Source of the DNA: Nitrosopumilus sp.
Lineage (GTDB): Archaea; Thermoproteota; Nitrososphaeria; Nitrososphaerales; Nitrosopumilaceae
DNA: 64,000 bases
Direction: 5' to 3'
Assembly: GCA_963662625.1 (NCBI GenBank)
Contig: OY759726.1
Span: forward strand, 320,001 to 384,000
The position numbers and the translations under genes are program-made. Of the stretch, positions 38,473 through 48,318 are shown piece by piece. Each line of letters begins with the position of its first letter. Positions within the stretch are counted from its first letter, which is position 1. Below the pieces are notes generated by a model, which saw only the letters and a program-made list of their open reading frames with translations, was not told where the DNA came from and did not search any database.

Positions 38473-40074
38473 ATGACGCAGGTGCTGGGCAGCGCGGCCG
38501 GCGAGAAATTCGCCTCGCAGCTGGTCGGCTTCGGGATAAACCCGTCCAGGGCATACAGGAACCTGACCGTGGAGGAGCTTATGGACGCCGCGGTGTCCAG
38601 GGGAGAGGGCGTGGTCAACGCCACCGGCTCGCTCTCCGTAAACACCGGAAAGTACACCGGCCGCTCCCCCGATGATCGCTTTATCGTGTACGACGGAAGG
38701 ACCCACGATGCGGTGGACTGGGGCAAAATCAACCACCGGTTCCCGGGAGACAAGTTCGAGGCGATCCTGAAGAACATGAGGGACTCTGTAAGGGACAGGG
38801 ATCTCTTCGTGTTCGACGGGTTCGTGGGGGCCGCAAGGGAGGCAAGGCTCCCGATACGAGTCATCAATGACAGGGCTTGGCAGAGTCTCTTCGCCAGGCA
38901 GCTGTTCATCAGGCCGTCAAGGGCGGAGCTTGAGGCGCACGAGCCGGAATTCACGGTGCTGTGCATCAACGACTTCGAGTCGGTCCCGGATGTGGACGGC
39001 ACGGCCTCGAACGTCTTCATCCTCATCGACCTGACCCGGAAGATCGTGCTGATTGGCGGGACCCGGTACGCCGGCGAGATGAAAAAGTCGATGTTCAGCG
39101 TGATGAACTTCCTGCTGCCCGAGCGGGGGATATTTCCCATGCACTGCTCTGCGAACGTCGGCAAGGGCGGCGACACGGCGCTGTTCTTTGGCCTGTCCGG
39201 CACCGGCAAGACGTCGCTGTCGGCCGATCCGAACCGCCTGCTCATCGGCGACGACGAGCACGGCTGGTCCGACTCCGGAATATTCAATTTCGAGGGGGGG
39301 TGCTACGCCAAGTGCATCAACCTGAACCGCGAGGAGGAGCCGGAGATCTGGGACGCGATCAGGCCGGGCGCGGTCCTGGAAAACGTGGCCCTGCGCGGCT
39401 CCGAGCCCGACTACGACGACAACCGGATAACCGAGAACACCCGCGTGGCATACCCGCTGGAGCACATCCGGGGGGCGGTCATCCCTAGCATCGGCGGCCA
39501 CCCTCGGGTGATCGTGTTCCTTACCGCCGACGCGCTGGGGGTCCTGCCGCCGATCTCCAGGCTCACGAAGGAGGGGGCGATGTTCCACTTCATGTCCGGC
39601 TATACCAGCAAGCTCGCCGGAACCGAGAGGGGGATCAAGGAGCCAAAGTCGGTGTTTTCGGAATGCTTCGGGGCCCCCTTCATGCCCCGGCCGGCGTCGG
39701 CCTACGCCAAGCTGCTCGGAGAGAAGATCGCCGCGCACAACACCGTCGTGTACCTGGTAAACACGGGCTGGTCGGGCGGCCCGTACGGCGTGGGGAAGCG
39801 GATCAAGATAAAGTACAGCAGGGCGATGGTGACCGCGGCCATCACCGGGGCGCTTGACAACGTGCGGTACAACCACGATGACATCTTCAACTTGGACACC
39901 CCCGCCGAGGTCCCGGGCGTCCCGCCCGAGATCCTGGATCCCAAAAACACCTGGGTCGACAAGGACTCGTATGACCTGGCCGCAAGCAAGCTGGCGTACA
40001 TGTTCATCGAGAACTTTAAGAAGTTCAACGGCGTCGACGCGGGCATAATAGGCGCAGGGCCGAGGCCCGCCTAG
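38473..40074 (+). CDS. pckA: Phosphoenolpyruvate carboxykinase (ATP)
   Basis: TGRSP, YAGEMKK, GLSGTGKT, IGDDEHGW, NTGW.GG. Confidence 0.96.
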   Translation: MTQVLGSAAGEKFASQLVGFGINPSRAYRNLTVEELMDAAVSRGEGVVNATGSLSVNTGKYTGRSPDDRFIVYDGRTHDAVDWGKINHRFPGDKFEAILKNMRDSVRDRDLFVFDGFVGAAREARLPIRVINDRAWQSLFARQLFIRPSRAELEAHEPEFTVLCINDFESVPDVDGTASNVFILIDLTRKIVLIGGTRYAGEMKKSMFSVMNFLLPERGIFPMHCSANVGKGGDTALFFGLSGTGKTSLSADPNRLLIGDDEHGWSDSGIFNFEGGCYAKCINLNREEEPEIWDAIRPGAVLENVALRGSEPDYDDNRITENTRVAYPLEHIRGAVIPSIGGHPRVIVFLTADALGVLPPISRLTKEGAMFHFMSGYTSKLAGTERGIKEPKSVFSECFGAPFMPRPASAYAKLLGEKIAAHNTVVYLVNTGWSGGPYGVGKRIKIKYSRAMVTAAITGALDNVRYNHDDIFNLDTPAEVPGVPPEILDPKNTWVDKDSYDLAASKLAYMFIENFKKFNGVDAGIIGAGPRPA

Positions 40075-42131
40075 GCCGCCCTCCGGATGATCAGCCCGAT
40101 CGCGCCGATCGCCGCGACGATGCCCGCCATGATCCCGATCTGCCTTTCGGGGACGTCGACATCCCATGGGCCTCCCCCTGAGCGTCCGGGCAGCGAGTCC
40201 ACGGTGACCGTCGCAAACGCGTCGTGCGGCTCCCCATCCACCAGGATGTCTGCCTCTATCCAGTACTCGGCGTTCCCGTATATGCCGACAGACCCGGGCC
40301 TTTCCGGAGTCATCGTGGCCGTCTGCGTCCTTCCGTCGATGCTGTTCGTGGCAGAGACCTTCGCGAACCCCCACTCTTCGGGGTGGCGGACGTCGAAAAC
40401 CAGCCTGTCCCCCTGCACGCTGGCGCCGACGCTCCCCTCGGTGTGGTGGATCACGAGGGGAACCGCGTATTCGGTCTCCCCGTGGCTGACGCGTATCCTC
40501 GCCTCGTGGTCGCCGTAGTCGTCCCCCTCCACGTCCAGCCCTACCCTCAGCACGCCTCCCTCCAGGAAGCTTGAAAACCCCACGGATTCCGGGCCGTCAA
40601 ACGACACGGCCAGCCCGTCAAGCGTCCCCTCCAGCGGCTTCAGGCGCAGCTCCTTCTGCACCGCGGGCTCGAACGACGAGAGGCTCGCCACCAAGCTCGG
40701 GGGCTGTATGATCAGCCTTGCCCCGAACGCCTCGGCGATGTCCAGCCTGCCGGCCCCAGCGTCGTTGACGGAAAACTCGTTCCCGTACGCGTCGGCCACC
40801 GGCTTCACCGTGGTCAGGAGCAGCGACTTGATCTCGTGGTGGTGGATCCCGGGGTTCTTCTGCATCAGCAGGGCGGCCGCCCCGCTGACGTGGGGCGCGG
40901 CGTAGCTCGTGCCGCTGGTAAAGTTGTATCCCGCGTTGTTCTGGGTGGTGTTGATGTAGGCGCCCGGGGCCACGATGTCGGGCTTGATGTAAAACGGCGA
41001 CACCGGGCCCCTCGAGCTGAAGTGGGCCACGAAGTCGGGGTTGTAAAACAGGTGGAGCGCGCCCTCCAGCGGCCCGGCCAGCATGTCGATGATCTCCAGC
41101 CCGTCCTTCCTGTCGATGGACACCACGGGGATCCTCGGCTCGTAGCCATCTCCTGCAAACCGGTGCTTCAACTCCCCGAGGAAGATCCCGGGCTTGTTGT
41201 TGTAGACGATCAGCGCGGCGGCGCCGGCGTCGGCGGAGTTGGACTCTTTTTCCGAAAAGTACAGGATCTCGCCCTCCACGCTGCCCCTCTCGGCCAGCAG
41301 GATCTTGCCGCCGGCGTCGATGCCCACGAAGTCGCCTGCCCGCGCGTGGCCCGCGGACACGACCTCGGCGCGCACCGGCTCGTAGAGCATGGACGAGCCT
41401 GCCATCGGGATTGCGGTGTACTGCTTGCCGTCCACCTCGAGCGTCGCGACCAGGCTGGAGGCGAGGTTGTTGTACGTCGCGCCCACCGTCACCGTGCCCG
41501 GGTTCCTCCCGGGGCTGCCGATGGATCCGCCGTCCGGCCCGTCGTTCCCCGCGGCCGCCACCACGAATATCTCGCGGTCAAGCGCGTCGTTTATCGCGCG
41601 CTCTATCCTCGTGTTGGTCTTGTTCACGCCCAGGCTGATGTTGATGATGTCGGCGCCGTCGTCGATCGCCATGCCTATGGCCCTGATGATCAGATCCGAC
41701 GACACCCCCTTGCCGTCCTCGGAGACCTTGTAGGCCAGGATCTTGGCCTTCGGCGCGATGCCGGTCACGTGCCCGTCGGCGGCGATCACCCCGGCTACCT
41801 GGGTGCCGTGCCCGTTCGTGTCGATCGGCAGCTCCGCCTCGTCGATAAAGTTGTACCCGCCGATTACCTTCCCGTCAGGCCCCCATCCCAGCAGGTCCGG
41901 GTGGTTGTAGTCCACCCCAGTATCGATCACTGCCACCACCACCCCGCCGCCGTCGATCCCCCCCGTCCTTGGAACGTCGGTCCCGACGAACGGGGCGCTC
42001 TTGTCCAGGTAGGCGCGGCCGCCGTCGCCCGGGTATGCCCCGTGCGAGACGGCATACGCCGACAGGGCCACGATTGCTGCAAATGCCAGGAATCTCGCGA
42101 TCCCGGCCCCCCGCGAGCATGTGAACGCCAA
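40071..42131 (-). CDS. Secreted S8 subtilisin-like peptidase with PA domain and C-terminal anchor
   Basis: DTG, HGTQVAG, SGTSYAAPHV catalytic triad. Confidence 0.92.
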   Translation of the reverse strand: MAFTCSRGAGIARFLAFAAIVALSAYAVSHGAYPGDGGRAYLDKSAPFVGTDVPRTGGIDGGGVVVAVIDTGVDYNHPDLLGWGPDGKVIGGYNFIDEAELPIDTNGHGTQVAGVIAADGHVTGIAPKAKILAYKVSEDGKGVSSDLIIRAIGMAIDDGADIINISLGVNKTNTRIERAINDALDREIFVVAAAGNDGPDGGSIGSPGRNPGTVTVGATYNNLASSLVATLEVDGKQYTAIPMAGSSMLYEPVRAEVVSAGHARAGDFVGIDAGGKILLAERGSVEGEILYFSEKESNSADAGAAALIVYNNKPGIFLGELKHRFAGDGYEPRIPVVSIDRKDGLEIIDMLAGPLEGALHLFYNPDFVAHFSSRGPVSPFYIKPDIVAPGAYINTTQNNAGYNFTSGTSYAAPHVSGAAALLMQKNPGIHHHEIKSLLLTTVKPVADAYGNEFSVNDAGAGRLDIAEAFGARLIIQPPSLVASLSSFEPAVQKELRLKPLEGTLDGLAVSFDGPESVGFSSFLEGGVLRVGLDVEGDDYGDHEARIRVSHGETEYAVPLVIHHTEGSVGASVQGDRLVFDVRHPEEWGFAKVSATNSIDGRTQTATMTPERPGSVGIYGNAEYWIEADILVDGEPHDAFATVTVDSLPGRSGGGPWDVDVPERQIGIMAGIVAAIGAIGLIIRRAA

Positions 42132-42175
42132 TTGATTTGTAAAGCAATAAATGGAATAAAAATTTAGACTGCCTT

Positions 42176-42796
42176 ATGGGAAAATACACACTTCCTGAAA
42201 TGCCCTATGCCTACGACGCGCTGGAGCCCCACATCGACGCAAGAACGATGGAGATCCACCACACAAAGCATCATCAGGCGTACACCGACAAGCTCAACGC
42301 GGCCCTGGACGGGTGTCCTACCGAGGTCCAAGACAAGGACATCCTGGACATCCTGTCCGACTTGGACTCGGTTCCCGAGGACAAGAGGGGCGCGGTCAAC
42401 TTCAACGGCGGCGGCTATGACAACCACAGGCTGTTCTGGGGCAACATGAAACCAGACGGGGGCGGAGAGCCTGGGGGCGCCGTGGCAGACGCGATCGGCG
42501 AGTCCTTCGGCAGCTTTCCGGACTTTAAGGAGAAGTTCTCGTCCACCACGGCGGTGATACAGGGCAGCGGCTGGGGCTGGCTTGTATACAACCCGTCGTC
42601 TGGCAAGGTGGAGTACAAGTCCATGCCGAACCAGACCAGCCCGAGGACAGAAGGGCTGGTACCACTGCTGGGATGCGACGTCTGGGAACACGCGTACTAC
42701 CTGAAGTACCAGAACAAGAGACCGGACTACATATCATCGTGGTGGAACGTGGTCAACTGGGACGAGGTAGACGCCAGACTCTCCAGGGCAAAGTAA
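42176..42796 (+). CDS. sod: Fe/Mn superoxide dismutase
   Basis: [16 protein letters not shown]. Confidence 0.96.
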   Translation: MGKYTLPEMPYAYDALEPHIDARTMEIHHTKHHQAYTDKLNAALDGCPTEVQDKDILDILSDLDSVPEDKRGAVNFNGGGYDNHRLFWGNMKPDGGGEPGGAVADAIGESFGSFPDFKEKFSSTTAVIQGSGWGWLVYNPSSGKVEYKSMPNQTSPRTEGLVPLLGCDVWEHAYYLKYQNKRPDYISSWWNVVNWDEVDARLSRAK

Positions 42797-42812
42797 GCCC
42801 CCTCTTTTTTTA
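42797..42812 (+). terminator. Oligo-T archaeal terminator after sod
   Basis: CCCCCTCTTTTTTT immediately after the stop codon. Confidence 0.5.
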
Positions 42813-42852
42813 TCCGCCGGCACGCCCCGAGGGGCGCGCGGCCCCGAATGAA

Positions 42853-42860
42853 TTTATAAA
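42853..42860 (+). promoter_or_regulatory. TATA box for pfdA-ftsY-argF
   Basis: TTTATAAA about 24 nt before ATG 42884. Confidence 0.6.
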
Positions 42861-42883
42861 CTAGCGCCGGTGTCTTGGTGTAA

Positions 42884-43315
42884 ATGAGCAGGGAGCAGGC
42901 GCAACAGTTGGCACAGGAGATGCAGATGCTGGAGGCGTACTATGCGGAACTGGTCCAGAAGGAGTCGGCGCTGCTCTCCGTACTGAAGGAGGCCTCCTCC
43001 GCGATAGAGTCGATAAGATCGCTGAAGGACGAACCCGAGTCGGAGGCCCTGATGCCCGTGGGGATGGGGACGTACGTCCGGGGCAGGGTCTCCTCTGGCA
43101 GCAGGTTCGTCCTGAACGTCGGCGCCGGCATCGCGGTGGAAAAGGACGCGGATCCGGCCATCAACTACCTGGAGTCGCGGGTCAAGGAGATCGAGGTCGC
43201 GGTACAGGACACCCTTGCCAAGAGGCAGGACGTCGCGTCGAGGATGGAGCGCGGCAGGGAGCAGATGAACCAGCTCATCCAGGCTGCACAGAAACCAGGT
43301 CCAGGCAATGTTTGA
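42884..43315 (+). CDS. pfdA: Prefoldin subunit alpha
   Basis: Coiled coils flanking LMPVGMGTYV...VGAGIAVEK; upstream of ftsY. Confidence 0.9.
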   Translation: MSREQAQQLAQEMQMLEAYYAELVQKESALLSVLKEASSAIESIRSLKDEPESEALMPVGMGTYVRGRVSSGSRFVLNVGAGIAVEKDADPAINYLESRVKEIEVAVQDTLAKRQDVASRMERGREQMNQLIQAAQKPGPGNV

Positions 43316-45314
43316 CAGCCTTCGCAGCGCGTTCTCGAACGCCGCGAAACGCCTGGGGGAGAAGGAACTCGGGGAAAAGGACATAGACGGCATGCTCTCC
43401 GAGCTGGAGATCTCCATGCTGGAGTCCGACGTAGCGGGCGAGGTAATCGACTCGGTAAAGTCCGACCTGAAGGGCAGGCTGGCCGGCTCCAAGGTGGACA
43501 AGGGCGAGGTAGCGAAGTTCGTCAAGGACAGCCTGATATCCAGCGTGTCCTCGCTGTTCGACGCCGCCGGGAGCGTCGATCTAGTGGGGCTGATCAACGA
43601 AAAGAAAAGCCGGGGGCAGCCGTTCCTGATACTGTTCGTGGGGATCAACGGGACGGGGAAGACCACGTCCCTTGCCAAGGTGGCGCACATGCTCCGGCAG
43701 GCCAAGTTCTCGGTGGTGATAGCGGCAGCCGACACGTTCAGGGCCGGCGCCATCGAGCAGCTGCGCGAGCACGCAAACCGCCTCAACCTGAAACTCGTGG
43801 CGCAAAACTACAACTCTGATCCCGCGGCCGTGGCCAGGGACGCCGTCCTGTACGCGAAGTCCCACAAGACGGACTGCGTCCTGATTGACACGGCAGGGCG
43901 CATGCAGACGAGCAGGAACCTCATGGAGCAGGTCGCGAAGATCACCAAGGTCGTCAGGCCTGACTTTAAGATCTTCGTGGGCGACTCGCTGGCGGGAAAC
44001 GACACGGTGAACCAGGCGCGGGAGTTCTTCGAGCACACCAGGTTTGACGGCTCCATCCTGACGAAGAGCGACGCGGACGCCCGCGGCGGGGCCGCACTCT
44101 CCATAGTGAAGATAACCTCGAAGCCCGTCTTGTACATAGGCGTGGGGCAGGAGTACCCGGATCTCAGGCCGTTTGACAAGGAGACGTTCCTGAAAAACGT
44201 CTTCGGCTCGCTGGAGGGCGTTGACATAAAGGAACTGCCACCCGAGCCCGGGCCTGCCGTGGCAGAACCGGAACATGCCAGGGAAATGCCGGAACATGCC
44301 AGGGAAGTGCTGGCACATGCCAGGGAAGTGCCGGAACCGGACGATGCTGCGACAGAACCGAAGCCGGAAGAGCCGGCAGCTGCGGAACCGAAGCCGGAAG
44401 AGTCGGCAGCTGCGGAACCGAAGCCGGAAGAGCCGGCAGCTGCGGAACCGAAGCCGGAAGAGCCGGAAGCTGCGGAACCGAAGCCGGAAGAGCCGGAAGC
44501 TGCGGAACCGAAGCCGGAAGAGCCGGAAGCTGCGGAACCGAAGCCGGAAGAGCCGGAAGCTGCGGAACCGAAGCCGGAAGAGCCGGAAGCTGCGGAACCG
44601 AAGCCGGAAGAGCCGGAAGCTGCGGAACCGAAGCCGGAAGAGCCGGAAGCTGCGGAACCGAAGCCGGAAGAGCCGGAAGCTGCGGAACCGAAGCCGGAAG
44701 CTGCGGAACCGAAGCCGGAAGAGCCGGAAGCTGCGGAACCGAAGCCGGAAGAGCCGGAAGCTGCGGAACCGAAGCCGGAAGCTGCGGAACCGAAGCCGGA
44801 AGAGCCGGAAGCTGCGGAACCGAAGCCGGAAGAGCCGGAAGCTGCGGAACCGAAGCCGGAAGAGCCGGAAGCTGCGGAACCGAAGCCGGAAGAGCCGGAA
44901 GCTGCGGAACCGAAGCCGGAAGAGCCGGAAGCTGCGGAACCGAAGCCGGAAGAGCCGGAAGCTGCGGAACCGAAGCCGGAAGAGCCAACCATGGGAGAAC
45001 CCGGCGATGTCAAGGAATCTTCACAAGAGGTCACTGCCAATGATCCATTTGAAGGAATCAACGATGAAGATATTTACAATTACTCTGATCTGTTTGATGT
45101 TCCCCCGCCAGAAAATGACGACGAAGCCGCCAAGCTTGGAACCAAGATTAGGCGCTGGATAAAACAGGGACGCCCAGAACATGAGACCGACTCAAAGACC
45201 GACTCAAAGACCGACTCAAAGACCGACGATGCCGGTGATCACGATGAACACGAACAGGACACAGAAGAAAAACCTAAAAAGAAACGGGGCGTATTTGGAT
45301 TCTTCAAGAGATGA
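43308..45314 (+). CDS. ftsY: SRP receptor FtsY with a long Pro/Glu-rich C-terminal repeat
   Basis: GINGTGKTT, DTFRAGA, DTAGR, TKSD, GVGQ. Confidence 0.95.
   Translation: MFDSLRSAFSNAAKRLGEKELGEKDIDGMLSELEISMLESDVAGEVIDSVKSDLKGRLAGSKVDKGEVAKFVKDSLISSVSSLFDAAGSVDLVGLINEKKSRGQPFLILFVGINGTGKTTSLAKVAHMLRQAKFSVVIAAADTFRAGAIEQLREHANRLNLKLVAQNYNSDPAAVARDAVLYAKSHKTDCVLIDTAGRMQTSRNLMEQVAKITKVVRPDFKIFVGDSLAGNDTVNQAREFFEHTRFDGSILTKSDADARGGAALSIVKITSKPVLYIGVGQEYPDLRPFDKETFLKNVFGSLEGVDIKELPPEPGPAVAEPEHAREMPEHAREVLAHAREVPEPDDAATEPKPEEPAAAEPKPEESAAAEPKPEEPAAAEPKPEEPEAAEPKPEEPEAAEPKPEEPEAAEPKPEEPEAAEPKPEEPEAAEPKPEEPEAAEPKPEEPEAAEPKPEEPEAAEPKPEAAEPKPEEPEAAEPKPEEPEAAEPKPEAAEPKPEEPEAAEPKPEEPEAAEPKPEEPEAAEPKPEEPEAAEPKPEEPEAAEPKPEEPEAAEPKPEEPTMGEPGDVKESSQEVTANDPFEGINDEDIYNYSDLFDVPPPENDDEAAKLGTKIRRWIKQGRPEHETDSKTDSKTDSKTDDAGDHDEHEQDTEEKPKKKRGVFGFFKR
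44356..44988 (+). repeat. 30-bp tandem repeat in ftsY (EPKPEEPEAA), 22 units, two shortened to 21 bp
   Basis: GAACCGAAGCCGGAAGAGCCGGAAGCTGCG copies counted directly. Confidence 0.95.
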
Positions 45315-46225
45315 AACTCAAAACCAAGGATCTGCTCACGTTAAAGGAACTGTCTCCAAAGGAATTTGCTCGGCTAATCAACTACTCCATCAAACTAAAA
45401 AAACAGGCCAAAAAGGGGGATTACAGGCCCCTTCTAAAAAACAAAACACTCGCAATGATCTTCCAAAAGCCGTCTACCAGGACCCGGGTGAGTTTTGAAG
45501 CCGGGATGTTCCAGCTGGGGGGGCACGCGATCAACCTTTCCCCAAGCGACATGCAGCTGTCACGCGGCGAGTCCGTAGAAGACACCGTAATGACCCTGTC
45601 CGGATACGCCGACTGCATTCTGGCGCGGGTATACGGGCACGACATGATCGAGCAGATGGCAGAACACGCGACAATCCCAGTTATCAACGGGCTGTCCGAC
45701 TCGTTCCACCCGTGCCAGATCCTTGCAGATTTTATGACGATAAAAGAAAAAAAGAAGAGCCTCAGGGGCCTGAAGGTCTCCTGGATCGGGGATGGGAACA
45801 ACGTGTGCAATTCCATGATGTATGGCGCCATGCTTTCGGGCGCCTCCATGTCGATTGCGACCCCGAGGGGGTTTGAGCCAGACCGGGACGCGGTCAGGGA
45901 ATCCGGAAAACTGACCGAGATCGAGGTCACGACGGATCCGTCCAAGGCGGTAAAGGACGCCGACGTCGTGGTCACCGACACTTTCACGTCAATCCACAAC
46001 CGCGATCCAAAGAGGATGAAAAAATTCCTGCCAAAGTACCAGGTCAACGAGTCCCTGATGGCAATGGCGAAGAGCGACGCGATATTCATGCACTGCCTTC
46101 CGGCAAAGCGGGACAGCGAAGTGACCCCCGGCGTCATCGACGGCCCGCAGTCAGTCGTCTGGGACGAGGCGGAGAACCGCCTCCATACCCAGAAGGCCCT
46201 GCTGGCCTCCCTGATCCGCGCTTAA
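45311..46225 (+). CDS. argF: Ornithine carbamoyltransferase
   Basis: STRTR, HPCQ, HCLP, EAENR. Confidence 0.95.
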   Translation: MKLKTKDLLTLKELSPKEFARLINYSIKLKKQAKKGDYRPLLKNKTLAMIFQKPSTRTRVSFEAGMFQLGGHAINLSPSDMQLSRGESVEDTVMTLSGYADCILARVYGHDMIEQMAEHATIPVINGLSDSFHPCQILADFMTIKEKKKSLRGLKVSWIGDGNNVCNSMMYGAMLSGASMSIATPRGFEPDRDAVRESGKLTEIEVTTDPSKAVKDADVVVTDTFTSIHNRDPKRMKKFLPKYQVNESLMAMAKSDAIFMHCLPAKRDSEVTPGVIDGPQSVVWDEAENRLHTQKALLASLIRA

Positions 46226-46261
46226 CGTATATAAGAGCAGATTCAAACCCGTGTTCTATAG

Positions 46262-46744
46262 ATGGCCTATTCCAAGATATTGCGCAGGCTCCGGGAGGAG
46301 AAGACCAATTACAAGAAGCGCGGGACGATGCTCATGGGCAAGCGCGACTTTATCACCGTGAACATCACCAACGAGAACACCCACGTCCAGGTACTAAAGC
46401 CGGGCATGACCGGGGACAGGATACTGGCCCACGCGCACTCCCGGTACCTGCTCGGGAAGGGGTGGAAGGGATCTAGGAAAAGCATCTCCGCGGCGTACCT
46501 TACGGGCTACCTGGCGGGAAAAAAGGCCCTGGCGCAGGACGTCAAGGACGCCATCCTGTACACGGGCACGAGAAAGTACACGCAGAGGATGGCCGCCGCC
46601 CTGAAGGGGATAATCGACGCGGGGGTCGCCGTCCCCGCCGATTCTGAGACGTTCCCGCCAGACGAGCGGATAAACGGGGAGCACCTTACAGTAAAAAACG
46701 ACGTATCCAGAATAAAGTCAACCATAGACGCCGAGGTCAAGTAG
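46262..46744 (+). CDS. rpl18: 50S ribosomal protein L18
   Basis: RREEKTNYKKR-type N-terminus, AAYLTG, RINGEH. Confidence 0.93.
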   Translation: MAYSKILRRLREEKTNYKKRGTMLMGKRDFITVNITNENTHVQVLKPGMTGDRILAHAHSRYLLGKGWKGSRKSISAAYLTGYLAGKKALAQDVKDAILYTGTRKYTQRMAAALKGIIDAGVAVPADSETFPPDERINGEHLTVKNDVSRIKSTIDAEVK

Positions 46745-46746
46745 GG

Positions 46747-47418
46747 ATGAGTCAGACAACGCAAAGCTGGCACGGAAGAGGCGGCCCCAGGCAGGGCGGC
46801 CCGAGAAGGCCCAGGCGCGAGCAGGAAGAGGAGGTCTGGATCCCCAAGACGATCCTGGGGCGGAAGGTGGTCGCAGGCGAGGTCACGTCGCTGGAGCAGA
46901 TCATCCAGGACGGCCTGAGGATCCAGGAGGCCGGAATCATCAAGAAGCTCCTGCCTGACCTGAAAAGCGAGGTCGTCGACGTGGGGATCATCCAAAAGAT
47001 GACGTCCAACGGCCAGTCCACGCGGTTCAAGGCAATCGTCGCCGCGGGAAACGAGAACGGCTACCTGGGAATCGGCCAGGGCAAGTCAAAGCAGATGAGG
47101 ATCGCGATCGAAAAGGCGACCAACCAGGCCTACCTCAACGTGAACCCGATCAAGCTGGGATGCGGAAGCTGGGAATGCAGGTGCGACCAGCAGCACTCGG
47201 TGCCGTTCAAGGTCCGGGGGAAGGGGGGCAGCGTCACGATCGAAATCATCCCCGCGCCGCGCGGCCTGGGGCTTGTCGCAGGCGGCAAGATTAAGCGGCT
47301 GCTGGAACTGGCAGGCCTGAAGGACGCGTGGACCACGGCGAAGGGCTCCACGCCCACCATGAACTCCACGTCTAAAGCCATCTTGGACTGCCTGAGGCAG
47401 ACGTTCAGCCAGGGTTGA
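46747..47418 (+). CDS. rps5: 30S ribosomal protein S5
   Basis: WIPKT.LG, GCGSWE, PAPRGLGL. Confidence 0.95.
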   Translation: MSQTTQSWHGRGGPRQGGPRRPRREQEEEVWIPKTILGRKVVAGEVTSLEQIIQDGLRIQEAGIIKKLLPDLKSEVVDVGIIQKMTSNGQSTRFKAIVAAGNENGYLGIGQGKSKQMRIAIEKATNQAYLNVNPIKLGCGSWECRCDQQHSVPFKVRGKGGSVTIEIIPAPRGLGLVAGGKIKRLLELAGLKDAWTTAKGSTPTMNSTSKAILDCLRQTFSQG

Positions 47419-47423
47419 TGCAC

Positions 47424-47891
47424 ATGGCAAACGCGTACCTCGTTGTGAGAATAAAGGGCCAGGCCGACGTCCCGCACTGGGCCACGTACACGATGGGCCT
47501 CCTGAAGCTGGAAAAAAAATACCGCGCGACCATTCTGCCCGCCAAGGACAACACGCTTGGGATGCTGAACAAGATAAAGCACTACGTCTCATGGATCGAG
47601 CTCGACGCGGGCCTGGCAAAGGAGATCTTGGACAAAAAGGCGAGAAAGTCGGGCTACAAGAAGATCACAGCGGAGGATCTCGCAGGCCTCGGGTTTGCGA
47701 GCGTGGACGAGTTGGCCGCGGCCCTGTCCGAGGGGAAGGCCGTCCTATCAAAACTGAAGCCGCTAAAGCCGTGGTTTGCGCTCGCGCCGCCGAGGCACGG
47801 GTTCAAGCGCAGCACCAAACGGCTTTATGGGCAGAAGGGGATACTGGGACAGAACAAGGATCTGGGGACACTGGTAAGGAACATGATGTGA
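47424..47891 (+). CDS. rpl30: 50S ribosomal protein L30
   Basis: VVRIKG, GMLNKIKHYV.W, LAPPRHG. Confidence 0.93.
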   Translation: MANAYLVVRIKGQADVPHWATYTMGLLKLEKKYRATILPAKDNTLGMLNKIKHYVSWIELDAGLAKEILDKKARKSGYKKITAEDLAGLGFASVDELAAALSEGKAVLSKLKPLKPWFALAPPRHGFKRSTKRLYGQKGILGQNKDLGTLVRNMM

Positions 47892-47892
47892 T

Positions 47893-48318
47893 ATGGCGAC
47901 GCGGCTAAGAAAGACTAGAAAGCTCCGGGGCGGGCGCAACATGGGCTGGGGCCAGGTGGGCCAGCACCGCGCAAGCGGGCACAAGGGGGGCCTGGGGGTC
48001 TCCGGACTGATGAAGCACCATTACAGTACCTTGCTAAAAGACGATCCGGATCATTTCGGGCACGACTCCACCAGCCCGCCCCACCCGAACATCACAAGAA
48101 AGTGGGCCAGCATCCGCGATCTCGACGACCTGTTCACAAAGTTCGGAAAGGAAGAGGGCGGCAAGAAGGTCATCGACCTGGCAGCCGCCGGGTATGACAA
48201 GCTCCTCGGCGGCGGGAAGGCCACCGGCGCATACTCTGTCAGGATAGGGAGGTCCACCGCGTCAGCGGAAGAAAAGGTCAAGGCCGCCGGGGGAGAGGTG
48301 CTATCAGACGATGGCTGA
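47893..48318 (+). CDS. rpl15: 50S ribosomal protein L15
   Basis: RKLRGGR..GWG, HR.SG.KGG.G, KLLGGG. Confidence 0.95.
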   Translation: MATRLRKTRKLRGGRNMGWGQVGQHRASGHKGGLGVSGLMKHHYSTLLKDDPDHFGHDSTSPPHPNITRKWASIRDLDDLFTKFGKEEGGKKVIDLAAAGYDKLLGGGKATGAYSVRIGRSTASAEEKVKAAGGEVLSDDG

